A program made the translations under genes and the position numbers. From positions 50,840,001 through 50,904,000 of the forward strand of contig NC_043010.1 in NCBI RefSeq assembly GCF_006345805.1: a stretch of DNA of 64,000 nucleotides, written 5' to 3'. The stretch comes from Octopus sinensis (lineage: Eukaryota). The notes beneath the pieces were generated by a model. The model ran no database searches. It had not been told where the DNA came from and saw only the letters and a program-made list of their open reading frames with translations. Shown piece after piece: positions 21,976-34,611 of this stretch (within the stretch, counting starts at the first letter, position 1; the number at the start of each line of letters is the position of its first letter).

Positions 21976-22609
21976 CCTTTTAGCATTCAGATTTCTTTGC
22001 CAAATGTATTGCTTATTTATTCACATTGTTTTGAATTAATCATGCATTATTTTGTAGATTCAGATTTCAACAATGTGTTTGTATATTTTTAGAATTACAT
22101 AGTAGGGTAGGTATGAGAGGTTGGGTCTAGTCAGTTTTCGCTTTCCTGTGTGACCCTTCTGTCTGGCAGTCGCCATGATAGATCGGTAGCCACCACACAC
22201 ATTTTCTTTCTCTCCTTGTTTCTTTCTGTGTTCCTTTCTGTGGAAGAGCGTAGGCTCGAAACGTCAAGGACTTTTTCAATTCTTGAGTGTTATACTAATA
22301 CATCTGTTTGTTTTCTACACCACCTGTCTTCGTCTTTTGGTTTTTTTTTTCATGAATTCTCCCCCTATAATCTTTGGGCCAGATTAAGTACTAAAGGGTT
22401 AAACCAGCCATATCAGGCCCAAATATTCTACTTGATTTATGTTCAAACTGACCAGATTTAGCCTTTCGCACCCACCCTACACAATGTCATTCTAAAAATA
22501 AACAATCACATTATCAAAATCTTGAAGTTATGAAATAGTGCATGGTTGATTCAAAACAATGTGAATCAATAAGCATTGCATTTGACAGAAAAAATTGAAT
22601 GGTAAAGGG
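21976..22609. mobile_element. Two adjacent piggyBac-like MITEs (CCxTTTAGCATTC..GCTAAAGGG-TTAA type)
   Basis: GGG-TTAA ends at 22396-22402 and 22607-22613; related copies ~36430-36655 and ~56985-57165. Confidence 0.6.
22232..22270 (+). ncRNA. Minimal hammerhead-like motif with variant core, in a Penelope-type fragment (~22135-22370)
   Basis: TCCTTT-CTGTGGA-A-GAGC(GTAG)GCTC-GAAA-CGTC-AAGGA; A6 of CUGANGA is U. Confidence 0.55.
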
Positions 22610-23153
22610 TTAAAAATAATACAGCGTATTATAAAAAATTAGGATTTTAGAAGCAATTCTGAAATCATTTTCTCTGAGTTGTGTTTTGTATTGTCAAACA
22701 AATACAAATTACTGAAATATATTGTTTCTTTTTATATAATTGTGGATAATTTTATCAACAATGTCTTGATGTGATCCACGAAGAATATGCAGAATTTATG
22801 GATAAACATTCTGACATTATGTATGTCATACTTTTCACACTTATGACTGGTTTCAGATAATCTATGTTATTGTAAATGCTGCTGCTCTTATAAAATAATA
22901 TACATTTGTATATTTTAAATGGCTTTGTGCAACTTTACCATAGAGTAAATTGTTCTAGTTTGGTAAACAAAATGCAGTTAATAAGTTGGTAAAATATATT
23001 TTCTGAAAATAGAAAGAATTAAAATAAATTTGTGTAAAAGCTTCTCGTTTGTAATCTCAAGATGTTTTACTTCAGTTTAAATTATGAAGCATGATCAGGA
23101 ATTAAAGACTTAAAGCTACCGTAATTTTTAGTGGTATTTTTTGGATTGTTCAA

Positions 23154-23550
23154 TCTCTCTATATATAAAGCTGAAGTTGTCTGTGTATGGCAGGTTTGGT
23201 AGCCTTCAACTAACACTATCTCCTCTGAGATCCTGTGGCGCAAGTTGACCAAAATTGAGAGTATGATAGAAGAAGGCTTGTTCTTCCTTCTGTAGAAAAA
23301 AAATTCAAATCTGACCATGTTAACACCAAAAATTATTTACATCAAAAAGGTGCTTTTTTTCTATGAAAATCCCTATTTTTTACGATTTTTTGACTGCTGT
23401 GTCATCATTTTTTGGTGTATTTCAACCAGAAAAGTGTTCACTTAAAGAGAATAACAAGTTACATAATGCAAAATGTTTGCTTTTCAAAAATTCCAATTCT
23501 AAAGGGTCGAAAAGAAAACAAGCCCGAGCAACGCTGGGCTATACTGCTAG
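23154..23550 (+). mobile_element. Non-autonomous Helitron
   Basis: A|TCTCTCTATATATAAAG..CCCGAGCAACGCTGGG hairpin..CTAG|T. Confidence 0.82.
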
Positions 23551-24613
23551 TGTAATATAATTCTAGATTGAAAGACTATGAAAACCAGTTTATAAATATA
23601 ATGTATTTAATAAAATATACTCTACTACAAAATATCTCACTGAGCATAAATTATTCGGACTGAAATTTTTAGCACCTTCTAAGTCTTGAAACATGAGGCA
23701 GTAAAAATACATATTTAGAATGAGTATTTTAACTCATTGCTTCAGTTGTTGAAGTTTTCATTCAGTGGTGGTTCTGCTGCTTGTCGGTTAACATTGTTAT
23801 TCTGTGTTGGGTCTTGGACACCAGTGTAGCACCTGGCTAGCCAATGTTGATTCTTAAAGACTTGACATGTGACTATACCAGATGAAGGGTCAACTGTAGA
23901 TTGTATCACAGACGATAGTCCAGTCTGTTTCTTGTCTTGTTTGTTGGACACACAGAAAGTTTCCATCTACTACCTAGTGATTTGTGTAGCTATGTGGTAT
24001 CAAGCTGATGGATTTCTTTTAATGACAGAAATTTATGCACCAGTTATGTCTTGCTCTTACAACAGAATTGCTTTCTTAGAGGAATTATAAAAACAATGCT
24101 CAAATTTCAAATTTGGTTTGTGAGGACTTGGTGACATTACTAAGCTCCTACTTTATACACCTTTCTACATTGATAGGAATTGCCTGAAGGAGGGTTTCCC
24201 CAGACTGACATTGTTAGAGTTATTGTCTGTTGAGGGTTTCACTAAAGTCTTCTCTTAACAAATTAACTTTTACCGTTGACAGAAAAAAATATTTGTGTAG
24301 AAATAGTAGAAAATTATTCTCTCTAACTTGCACATTGGGTGAAAATGTTTATTACTTTATATGAATTTTAGGTCTCATGTTTCAACAAACTAGAAAATAA
24401 CAATTCAAGATACAACACACATTGTATATTCATATTCGTTTAATATCATAATTTTATTAGCTTTTTACATTGTAGTATGGTTTGTACAAATTTGCTGTGT
24501 GGTAGATTGCTTAACATCTGAATCCAGTTTTACATCATATGCAGATCCCAGGACATTGAGATTTGATCTCACAACTTGTGGTTGTGGCTACACAAATTAT
24601 ATATTATAAAATA

Positions 24614-24869
24614 CTAGCAGTATCGCCCGGGTTTGTAAAGGAAATAACTATATAAGCATTTTTAGAGAGTTACTTCCCTTATATAAACCGAGCAAAAAAT
24701 GCATTAAAAAAACGAAAAAATGATGCGCTAATACCCAGAAGGGCTCGATATGAATCACGACTATAAGATACCCGGTTTTGGTTAAACTGCACCGCAAAAT
24801 GTGGGAGTAGTTAGGAATCTAAATCGGAGGAGACAGACTCTCACACAACCTCAGTTTTATATATAAAGA
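24614..24869 (-). mobile_element. Non-autonomous Helitron
   Basis: Minus strand TCTTTATATATAAAACTG..CCGGGCGATACTGCTAG; same 3' end at 63979-64000. Confidence 0.8.
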
Positions 24870-25047
24870 TATACTGACCGCAAATAATGTAGCAGGTCAC
24901 AATAGAACACAAGTGTGTATGTGTGTGCATGTGTACATATGTATTCCACATGTATATTATGTGATTGTATATGTTCACTCAAAAAACTCAAATGGATAAT
25001 CCCTGAAGTATTTTACAAATTTTCACCATTTCTGTAGTCAATTGTAT

Positions 25048-25520
25048 CTAGAGAATACAGAATCCAAGCATTTCTAGGTTTCTCTGCAAATCTGTTGTTA
25101 CATAACCCAATGCACCTATTATAATAGGAACAAATGAAAATATATAACCTGGATGTAAGAGCTGTAGATCTCTCATCAGTTCTTCATAGATGTTCTCCTT
25201 TTTCCCAAGTTTGCACAAGACATTCACATCTGCTTGGCTGCTGATATTTACAACATTGTGCAACTTTTGCTTCCTGTCCCATACAAATATATCTGGCATA
25301 TTTGTTTATTCTGTCACTCTATGTTGCTGTTTTTACTGGAATGTTCCACCAGTATTCTATAATTTTAAAAGTGGGAATACTTACTGGTTCTGGTGTGCCT
25401 TTGGCATAGCCAGCAAGACAATCCTTCCTGCATATAGTATTGTAAACTCTCTTAACAATGTCATCTCATGGGAAAGTAAGATCTTACAGACATTTTTGAA
25501 CAGCTTTTGGTGATATGAGT
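25048..25520 (-). mobile_element. Fragment of an RLE-type non-LTR retrotransposon (restriction-like endonuclease domain)
   Basis: PDIFVWD..K..Y..L...L......F.FVPIIIGALG pattern typical of R2/R4/NeSL-type C-termini; frameshifted upstream. Confidence 0.75.
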
Positions 25521-25533
25521 AAAGTCTTTTACA

Positions 25534-25930
25534 TAGGCGTAGGAGTGGCTGTATGGTAAGTAGCTTGCTTACCAACCACATGGTTCCGGGTTCAGTCCCA
25601 CTGCATGGCACCTTGGGCAAGTGTCTTCTACTATAGCCTCAGGCCCACCAAAGCCATGGGAGTAGATTTGGTAGACAGAAACTGAAAGAAGCCCGTTGTA
25701 TATATGTATATATATATGTGTGTATGTTTGTGTGTCTGTGTTTGTCCCCCCAACATCGCTTGATAACCAATGCTGGTGTGTTGACGTCTCCGTAAATTAG
25801 CGGTTTGGCAAAAGAGACCAACAGAATAAGTACTAGGCTTACAAAGAATAAGTCCTGGGGTCGATTTGCTCGACTAAAGGTGGTGCTCCAACATGGCCAC
25901 AGTCCAATGATTGAAACAAGTAAAAGAGTA
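25534..25930 (+). mobile_element. SINE family B
   Basis: Full-length copy; further copies ~26484-26805 (-), 35705-36090 (+), 49494-49742 (+). Confidence 0.9.
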
Positions 25931-26438
25931 CACTATCTGTGTATTTATGTGTGTGAAAGATAGCACTCGAGTATACAGGGGTACTAGAGAGAAGTTAGAT
26001 AACATTATATATAATGATACCAGTGGTACCTGCCCTACATAGGCTGGAATAAGATACAAAGAACTTGTGACAAAGCAAACAGGGTGAACATGTGGTATAA
26101 AACCAACAAATATCAAGGAGTAATGTTTGTAGAGGCCACAGCCATGAAGAATTAGCCTGTAAATTTAGGAAATCTCTGAAGGAGACCAAACTCAACATTA
26201 AGATTGTTGAAAAGCCAGGGAATTTGATATATGTAATAATGACAACCAGTCACTGATCTTGCAACAAGCCAATTAGCTGTTAACAAATCTCTAAAAGGCA
26301 TGAAAGCAGTAACTATACTCAGCAGTAATGTTTATCGCCACTTCAACAAGGCTGTTCCATAGAAACTGACGTTACATTACAGCCATTTTAATCCCAGGAG
26401 AACACCTCCTGCAGTTGGTTATTCAGTGCAATCTGTAC

Positions 26439-26485
<47 letters not shown>

Positions 26486-28322
26486 TCTTTTACTTGTTTC
26501 AGTCATTTGACTGCGGCCATGCTGGAACACCGGCTTTATAGTCGAGCAAATCGACCCCAGTACTTATTCTATCGGTCTCTTTTGCCGAACCGCTAAGTTA
26601 CGGGGGATGTAAACACACCAGCATCGGTTATCAAGTGATGTCGGGGGGACAAACACACACACATATACATATACGACGGGCTTCATCCAGTTTCCGTCTG
26701 CCAAATCCACTCACAAGGCTTTGGTCGGCCCGAGGCTATAGTAGAAGACACTTGCCCAAGGTGCCACGCAGTGAGACTAAACCCGGAACCATATGGCTGG
26801 TAAGCAATATATATATTGCAAGCAGGGGAGCAAACTCCTACATCTGCCAACGACAGAACCACCAGACCGTTCAGTTTCAAGCTACCCCAGTGGTAGATAC
26901 CTGTCCGCTAGAGATAGCAGGAGCTTGCAATATATAGAAAATAAGTGACAGCCAGTCGCGTATCTTGCAGCAAGCAAATGAGCTAGTTAGAACAGCACAG
27001 TCAAGCAGTATATTACCGGGTATGGTATATAACCGGTCAGAATATTACTGTTGGTTTCACATATAATGATGATTTTTTTTAGACATAGTAGCCCTAACCA
27101 GTTGTATACTGCTCTATATATATAAAGATATAACTGTTTTAATATTCATACTGAGTGCGCTTTTGTCTCACATTTATGTACGCGCACGCATACACACCAG
27201 AATTCAAATCTAAACATCATTTCATCTTAGTCATCTTGTCATGTCCATCCAGGCACAGAACATAAATCACAACACAGTGACCTCCCTTGTCAACATCCGT
27301 TGTTATTGTTCCGTCATCTATTTTACATGACGACAATTCACATGTTTGGTCGGATTCTTGTAAGTCTTGCAAGGTTTCTAATAGATATACGTTTAATTCA
27401 ATTCTGTCCTCCACCAGTAACTAAATTACTTCAGCACGAGACCGCAAATTATGTAGCAGGACACTGTATATTAATTCGAATCAGTATTTTTACTAAAATT
27501 TATTTTATCGATCTTTCCTGAGTTCCCGCCCTAGAAGTAAAAGGGTCAACGTTGATTGACCTCGGCAGGATTTCAACTCTGAACGTAAAAGGCAGTAAAA
27601 TACCACAAGGTATCTTGTCCAACGCTTACTAAATAATTGTTAGTGTCTTTAATTCACATTATTCCATTTATATATCTTTAAAATATACACTGACAGAGAT
27701 TGCTAATTGAAGATCTACATCGCGAATAATGCTTTTCTTTATTTGCCGTACATTGTTCACTGTTACTAATTTTGGTAGTGATGAGCAAAACTATGAAAAG
27801 TTAGCTGTAAAGAATGAAGTAACTATTATATCTGCCGAACTTGAATTAAGCAAAAGGGTAAATACATGAATGTTGTGTTGATGTTTGTGGTAAATATTTC
27901 AGATTATGTCGTACGAATCTGAAACAGCTCCAGTTTTCGTTAGTAACGTTTGTTTAAATAATACCCGAACTGTACTCAGTAGAGAAGAACCTTATAAGTA
28001 TGAAATCAACTGGAAATCATTTACTCGTGTCAGTTATATAAAAAGGTTATAAAACAATACACTGGAGAAACAGTCCTTCATGGGAAAATACGCGAGAAGT
28101 CGTTCACTAATGAAATTAATCTGTTTGTCGTGAAATATTATGTTTGTGGAAAAGTCTTTTGTTAAAATTTGGGATTTTAAAAATGCACAAAATGTTACAT
28201 TCCGAAGACAGACGATCTCTCTGTGAAACGCATGTGAAAAGTAATTAGGTGATAACGAGAGGTTAAAATTCCATCTATGGACAACTTTCAGGTTTAACAG
28301 TACCTTAAGAAAACATTAAAAA

Positions 28323-29276
28323 ATGCACCCTGGGGAAAAACCGTGCCATTGTGAAATTTGTGGGAAATCTTTCAGTGACAAGAGTACTTTAATAACACAT
28401 AAACGAATACACATGGGAAAAAAACCATTTCGTTGTGATATATGCTTGAAATTTTACTCCAGGAATTCCTCTCTTGTGTTCCATAAACGCAGTCATAGTG
28501 AAGATAAACCATACACTTGTGATGTATGTGGAAAGTCTTTCATTATGAATTCCAGTTTTCTAAATCACAAAAAAATACACGGAGAAAAGTTATTTCGTTG
28601 TGAAATATGCGGGGAATCTTTTGTCCGGAGTAGTTATGTAGAAATCCATATGAAAACTCACACGGGAGATAAGCCGTATCATTGTGAAGCATGTGGGATG
28701 TCATTCCGTGATAGCAGTACTTTAAAAACGCATATAAAAAGACATACTGGGGAAAAACCTTATTGCTGTGAGACGTGCGGAAAATCGTTTGTCAAGAATT
28801 GCGTCTTGAATGAACACAGGAAAAGACACAAGAAAGAAAGATCGTATCACTGTGACCTATGTGAGAAGTCTTTTGTCACAGTTTCGGATTTGAATTTGCA
28901 CAGACGGACACATACGGGAGAAAAACCGTTTCCTTGTAAAATTTGCGGGAAGGCTTTCGTCTGTAGCAGCCATTTAAAAAGGCACACGAGGACCCATACC
29001 GGGGAATACTTGTTTCACTGCGGAACGTGTGGAAAAGCTTTCAGTGAAAATTCCAGTTTAAAAATTCACGAACGAATTCATACAGGTGAAAAACCATTTA
29101 AGTGTCAGGTGTGCGGAAAAGCCTTCAGTCATAGCACTTCTTTAAAACGACACGAACGACTACACGCTGGAGATAGACTGTATCAATGTGAGATATGTGG
29201 AACAGCTTTCAATAAAAACAGCACATTGAAAAGACATGAAAAATTGCATACTACAGGAGAAAAGGCATATAATTGA
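28323..29276 (+). CDS. C2H2 zinc-finger protein, 11 fingers (ZNF locus 3)
   Basis: 317-aa ORF with eleven C2H2 motifs; TGA stop sits where the next finger's first Cys (TGT) is expected. Confidence 0.9.
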   Translation: MHPGEKPCHCEICGKSFSDKSTLITHKRIHMGKKPFRCDICLKFYSRNSSLVFHKRSHSEDKPYTCDVCGKSFIMNSSFLNHKKIHGEKLFRCEICGESFVRSSYVEIHMKTHTGDKPYHCEACGMSFRDSSTLKTHIKRHTGEKPYCCETCGKSFVKNCVLNEHRKRHKKERSYHCDLCEKSFVTVSDLNLHRRTHTGEKPFPCKICGKAFVCSSHLKRHTRTHTGEYLFHCGTCGKAFSENSSLKIHERIHTGEKPFKCQVCGKAFSHSTSLKRHERLHAGDRLYQCEICGTAFNKNSTLKRHEKLHTTGEKAYN

Positions 29277-29740
29277 GAAATATGTAGGAGAACCTTTTAC
29301 TTCAAGATTTCTTATATTCCTTAAGCACAGTCACTCTGGAGAAAGATAAAGAATTTCTGTCCCTATGATGTGTATGGAAAATATTTTACAACAGTTCTGG
29401 TCTTGTTATTCACAAAAGATTACTCACACTTGAGAAAAATCCTGTCTCTGAGAGACCTTAAGGAAGGCCTTTTTCTCAAATTAGTAATCTACCCTTTGTG
29501 CGAGTACATACTGAAGAAAAAGCCATGCACACCAGTGTAGCTAGAGTGTGTGCCACCCAGGGTGGCATTTCAATTTGTTGCCCACGGACCCCAACAAAAA
29601 GTACATATTACCTACAGCTGACCCATAAGCGGTGCTGCCCCTGCCTCTAGCTATGCTAGTAGCCATGTGAAATATGTAGGGAATTGTCCAGTGGTTACAC
29701 TTTCAATTCTTATAAGCCACAGAAAAAATACCCGCTACAC
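29277..29740 (+). pseudogene. Decayed zinc-finger repeats downstream of ZNF locus 3
   Basis: GAAATATGTAGG, CACTCTGGAGAA, GATGTGTATGGAAAA, CATACTGAAGAAAAAGCCATG remnants with stops and indels. Confidence 0.7.
29528..29660. mobile_element. ~130-bp MITE splitting a decayed finger
   Basis: AGCCATG duplicated at 29521-29527 and 29661-29667; imperfect TIR ACCAGTGTAGCTAGAG / CTCTAGCTATGCTAGT. Confidence 0.7.
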
Positions 29741-30140
29741 ATAAATTTTGTTATTCCTACATCAGAAACCATTCTGTAGGAATTCCCTTCTAGTTATTGT
29801 ACAGTGAAAGACAATTTGTTAAACTCAAAACATAATATATAAAAAAAAAATATTAGCAAGATTATTTTTTAATAACTGCTTTATGATGTGGTTGTTTTAT
29901 TATTATTATTATTATGTGGTGAGCTGGCAGAATTGGTAGCATGTCTGACAAAATGCTTAGCAACATTTCTGCTGACTCATTTACATTCTGAACGAAAATT
30001 CCATAGAGCTCAGCTTTGCCTTTCATCCTCTCAGGTCAATAAAATAAGTACCAGTTAAGTACTTCGATCATTGTAATCAACTTAACTCCCTTCCTCAAAA
30101 TTTCAGGTGTCATGCCTTGTTATTATTATTATTATTATTT

Positions 30141-32709
30141 CTTTCCGAGAGGACAGACGTGTGTGAAGCTGCTCCGTAAGTTTTCTGCAAATTTTGTTGG
30201 AAATCCTGTGAAAAGTTTTTATATTTTTCGATATTTGTGTGACCAAGCCAACTAACTTCTAGCGGAGCTAGTTGGCTCGGCAAAATTTTACCCCATTGGG
30301 GGTAAAATTACGTTTTGAAATTTATTTTGCATACATTTTCATTTACAATTTTAAATATGGCTTCGAAGAGAACTAGCTGTTCTCTTCTTCAAGTTTCACC
30401 CCACTACACGAAAAAATTTCGTTAACGGCTCCGAACTGCCCATTTCGTGCCTTAAAAGGCAAAGAAAATATTTCGAAGGAACATGCAAGCGCGTGCAACG
30501 TTCCAAATGAAAATGAAAACAAAGGCGTCATTTGTGACATCTTCAAAGATTTCTCTCCTCTCCCCTCTGCAAGCGTCCCAGTAGGGGAAAAAGACGGAAA
30601 AAAGAACATTACAAAGGAAAACAACAAAGATGGCGTCACCTTTGACGTCAATCAGAATTTTCTTTCTCTTCATTCCATGAGTGCAACAGTAGGGGAAAAA
30701 GAAGAAAAGAAAATAACAAACATCATCACCGACAACACAACAAGCCACCATAGCAATTTTGCTTCTATCACGAAACAAAACACAGAACAAATTGAAATTA
30801 CATTTGATGAAATAAAATCTGCAAAGGGGTTGTTGAGAAAAGAGGGGAACAGTGTCTTCCTCAATACACCTCAACAACTCATAAACGAAACAAAAAAAAA
30901 GACTGTGATTTATAAAGTTTTCGATAAGGAAAACAAAAAAATAACCAATGCAACACCCCAACAATTGGAAATGGCTCTTAAACCCATATGGGCCAAAAAG
31001 AGCTATGTCACAAGAGGGAAGCGTTACGGGACGGAGGTTCGCTTCGCAACGGAATACGAAGCCAGGGCGCATGCCATTTCGCCCTTGCAAAATGAAAGTT
31101 TCTTTCTGGTCCCATCATACCTTGGGCGGAAAGTACAAAAAATAAAAATTGACATAATACCCCCCGAACTCAGTATATCATGGCTGTCCTCTATGACATA
31201 GAGGACACTGCCACTATTCTAGATGTTCGAAGGGTAAGAGAAAAGAACTGGTCAGGTATGGGTATTCAACTGCTGGTGCAAATCCAGCAGGAAAACATTA
31301 ATGCCATACCTGACTCAGTCATTTTACCAGATGGAACCAGGCTGCACGTTACTGTAGAGGGGCGAAAGCCAAAATGTTACCTCTGCAGTAGCGAAAACCA
31401 CCTGAAGAAGAACTGCCCCATTCACAAAAAAAGAATGGAGGCAGCAGCAACAACAACAGCACAACACACCAAAGGCTACCACACCACCAACACCATCACC
31501 ACCACCAAGACGAACGACACCACCTCCAACAACAACCACCAAACCAACACCAACCCCAGCACCAAGAAAAACGACAACAAAAAAACAAGGAGAAACACCA
31601 ACAGTGTCATCATCACCAATAGACACAGCAACAACACCGCTACCAGCAGAACCAACAAAAATCTTTTGCCCTGCTGATGAAGGGCAGTCATCCAGCACTC
31701 ATCCCCTTTCCGGATCAGGACAGCTCGGATTGTGCGAGCACTGATACCGAGAAAGGAGAATGGCACACAGTGCCTCTAAAAAAGAAAAGGAGGAAAAAAC
31801 AAAAGGACACACGGGAAGCACGAACAAATAGTGCTTCCCAACAACAACACTTTCAACACCACTACTACCACTGCCACACACACCAACACCAACAGACACG
31901 ATTACAGCAATAAACACAAAAAATGAAAAACTCGTTGCATACCTAAAAGACAAAACAAGTACAAACATAACAGATTTCGTTATACCAACACACCACCAGC
32001 ACACATTCTCACAATAAAAATCAATGCAACAACATACAGTGACATAAAACAAATATTCCCTAACGATGTTGGATCGCTAGGGAAAAGTTTCTCAAAGAAA
32101 CTTTATAAAAATATCGTGGAAGCACCCGTGCAAAAGCACAAGGGAGCCACCCCCACCACCAACAACAGTAAGTAGAGCCTTTTTCTCCTTTTACTTTTTC
32201 CCACCTTTGAAACATGGCAAAACTTAGAATCGGTTGCTTGAATGTGAGAGCCCTAAAGGGCTAAAGTCAGACACTTTCCTCTTTGGTCAAGTCCTCATCA
32301 ACTTTTTCAAGTTTCACTTGAAAAGGAAGATGAGGTTAGAGAGGAGAGTGCTGTCCGATAGCAAGTTTTCTGAAAGGTGGGTGCATTGTGCGAGAATGGC
32401 CAGTATAAATGGACCAAGTCTCAGGTTTCGCCTGTGATTGAAAAAGGTTTTATAAAAGGAGAAAGGGGCTCTCTACCCCCCTTTTGACCAGGCTCCCGTT
32501 GGCTTTTATGGGGTTTTTTCCACCAGGAACCTTTCGAAGCGCCTCCCCCTATTGGGAGTTTTTTTTTCATTGTTATAATCTTTCGTTGTTAAACAGTTTT
32601 TACTCGGATTTTTTCAAAAACGGGCAAAACCCTTTGTAACCTTTCGTCCTGTTTTGTCCCTTTATGTTTACTAATCATGTGTGTCAGCCCTTGTGGCCAA
32701 TAAAAAGAA
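30141..32709 (+). mobile_element. Internally deleted Tx1/L1-like LINE: ORF1 with CCHC knuckle, only the extreme end of ORF2, 3' UTR
   Basis: ORF1 pieces 30677-31201 and 31180-31677 (GRKPKCYLCSSENHLKKNCP = CX2CX4HX4C); ~32230-32437 resembles a Tx1/L1 ORF2 C-terminus; no EN or RT motifs seen; (TTA)n on both flanks. Clade call is from recalled motifs. Confidence 0.7.
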
Positions 32710-32737
32710 TTAATTATTATTATTAGGCAGCAATAAA

Positions 32738-33135
32738 GGTGGCGAGCTGGCAGAATTGTTAGTGCGTCGGGCGAAATGCTTAACGGTATTTCATCTGCCG
32801 CTACGTTCTGAGTTCAAATTCCTCCCAGGTCGACTTTGCCTTTCATCCTTTCGGGGTTGATTAAATAAGTACCAGTTATGCACTGGGGTCGATATAATCG
32901 ACTTAATCCGTTTGTCTGTCCTTGTTTGTCCTCTCTGTGTTTAGCCCCTTGTGGGTAATAAAGAAATAGGTATTTCGTCTGTCTTTACTTTCTGAGTTCA
33001 AATTCCACTGAGGTCAACTTTGCTTTTTGTCCTTTCAGGGTTGATAAATTAAGTACCAGTGAAGCACTGGGGTTGATGTAATCGACTAGTCCCCTCCCCC
33101 CAAATTTCAGGCTTTGTATCTTTAATAGAAAGGAT
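32738..33135 (+). mobile_element. Composite SINE A + A' dimer
   Basis: Same internal junction as 14740-15140. Confidence 0.85.
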
Positions 33136-33770
33136 TATTATTTGGCAGCAATGTAGCAGAATCATTAGTATGTTTCACAAAATGCTTAGCAGCATTTCTT
33201 TGACTCATTACATTGAATTCAGATTCTACTGAGTTCATCTTTTTACCCTTTTGGGGGTCAATACAATAAGGACTGGATTGATGTAATCACCTAACCCCAT
33301 CCTCCAAAATTTTAGGCCTTGTACCTTTAATTAAAAATAGTTATTTTTATAACTATAATTGTCAACCCATGCTAGCATGGAAAATGGACGTTAAACGATG
33401 ATGATGATGATACAAACTTAGGCACAAATAATCTACACACTGTAAATTTAATCCTCATAAACAAGGAAATATATCTTGTATTTTTAATGGCTAATAAACT
33501 TTATCACCATGTAATTGCTTTACTTTGGTGAAACAAAATGCAATCAATGAAATGATAAGTACTTTTGTCAAAAAGAAAAGTACGCAAAGAAATTTGTGAC
33601 AATTATTCAAAAGAAAATTTTAATCTGAAATTAAAATCTTAAAGTTACAGCATTTGGAGATTTATATTCTTTTTTTGATTTCTAAATATTTCTAAAATGA
33701 TAAATCTCAAAAACTATATTAGTTTTAAGTATTTACTATAGAGATAGGCGCAGGTATAGTTGTGTGGTAA

Positions 33771-33990
33771 GGCGGCGAGCTGGCAGAAACATTAGCGCAC
33801 CGGACAAAATGCTTAGTGGTATTTCGTCTGGCGTTGTTCTGAGTTCAAATTCCGCCAAAGTCAACTTTGCCTTTCATCTTTTCAGGGTCGATAAATTAAG
33901 TACCAGTTGCGTACTGGGGTCGACTTAATCCCTTTGTCTGTCCTTGTTTGTCCCCTCTATGTTTAGCCTCTTGTGGACAATAAAGAAATA
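33771..33990 (+). mobile_element. SINE family A nested in a family B-like SINE
   Basis: B-like head GGTATAGTTGTGTGGTAA is interrupted by the A copy and resumes at GAAGCTTGCTTCCCAAC. Confidence 0.8.
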
Positions 33991-34145
33991 AGAAGCTTGC
34001 TTCCCAACAATATGGTTCTGGGTTCGACCCCACTGCACATTGGGCAAGTGTCTTCTTTAGCTTTGGGCTAAGCAAAGCCTTGTGAGTGGATTGGTAGGTG
34101 GAAACTGAAAGAAGCCTGTTGTGTATGTATATATATATATATATA

Positions 34146-34400
34146 TCTATTATATAAAATCCACTCTGTCTGTCTGTGTGTCTTCTAGGATCTCGTGCAT
34201 CCTCCATCCTATTGCACTCAAATTTGATATTTAGATACCGATGGGATCAGAGCGTGTATAAGTCTTAAAAAAATTAGAAAAATCGATTCCAGGTGAGAAT
34301 GCAATCGATAAAGCCATGGGAACGTGCATTTGTATGTGCAAGTACATCAGCTGTTGCAATCGATACTACGTGTTGTGTGAATAAAATCGTTTTTCTTTGG
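34146..34400 (+). mobile_element. Helitron/DINE-like non-autonomous element 5' part
   Basis: A|TCTATTATATAAAA followed by a CTGTCTGTCTG microsatellite; 3' end not identified. Confidence 0.5.
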
Positions 34401-34572
34401 AATAGAAAAAAGTCTATTGTTATTTCTTCTTTTGCTGGTGTCTCAAATTTAGGTTAAATCAGTGTTTCTCAAAGGGGAGGCCTATGGGACAGTCAGACAA
34501 TTTGTTTTGAGAAAATTTGGTTTAAATGTTTGACAACTCAGCACCGTCCATTGGACAGGTGGGCATTTTGCT

Positions 34573-34611
<39 letters not shown>

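Noticed and set aside
30452-31090. 212-aa hydrophobic minus-strand ORF
   Set aside because: Antisense shadow of the A-rich LINE ORF1.
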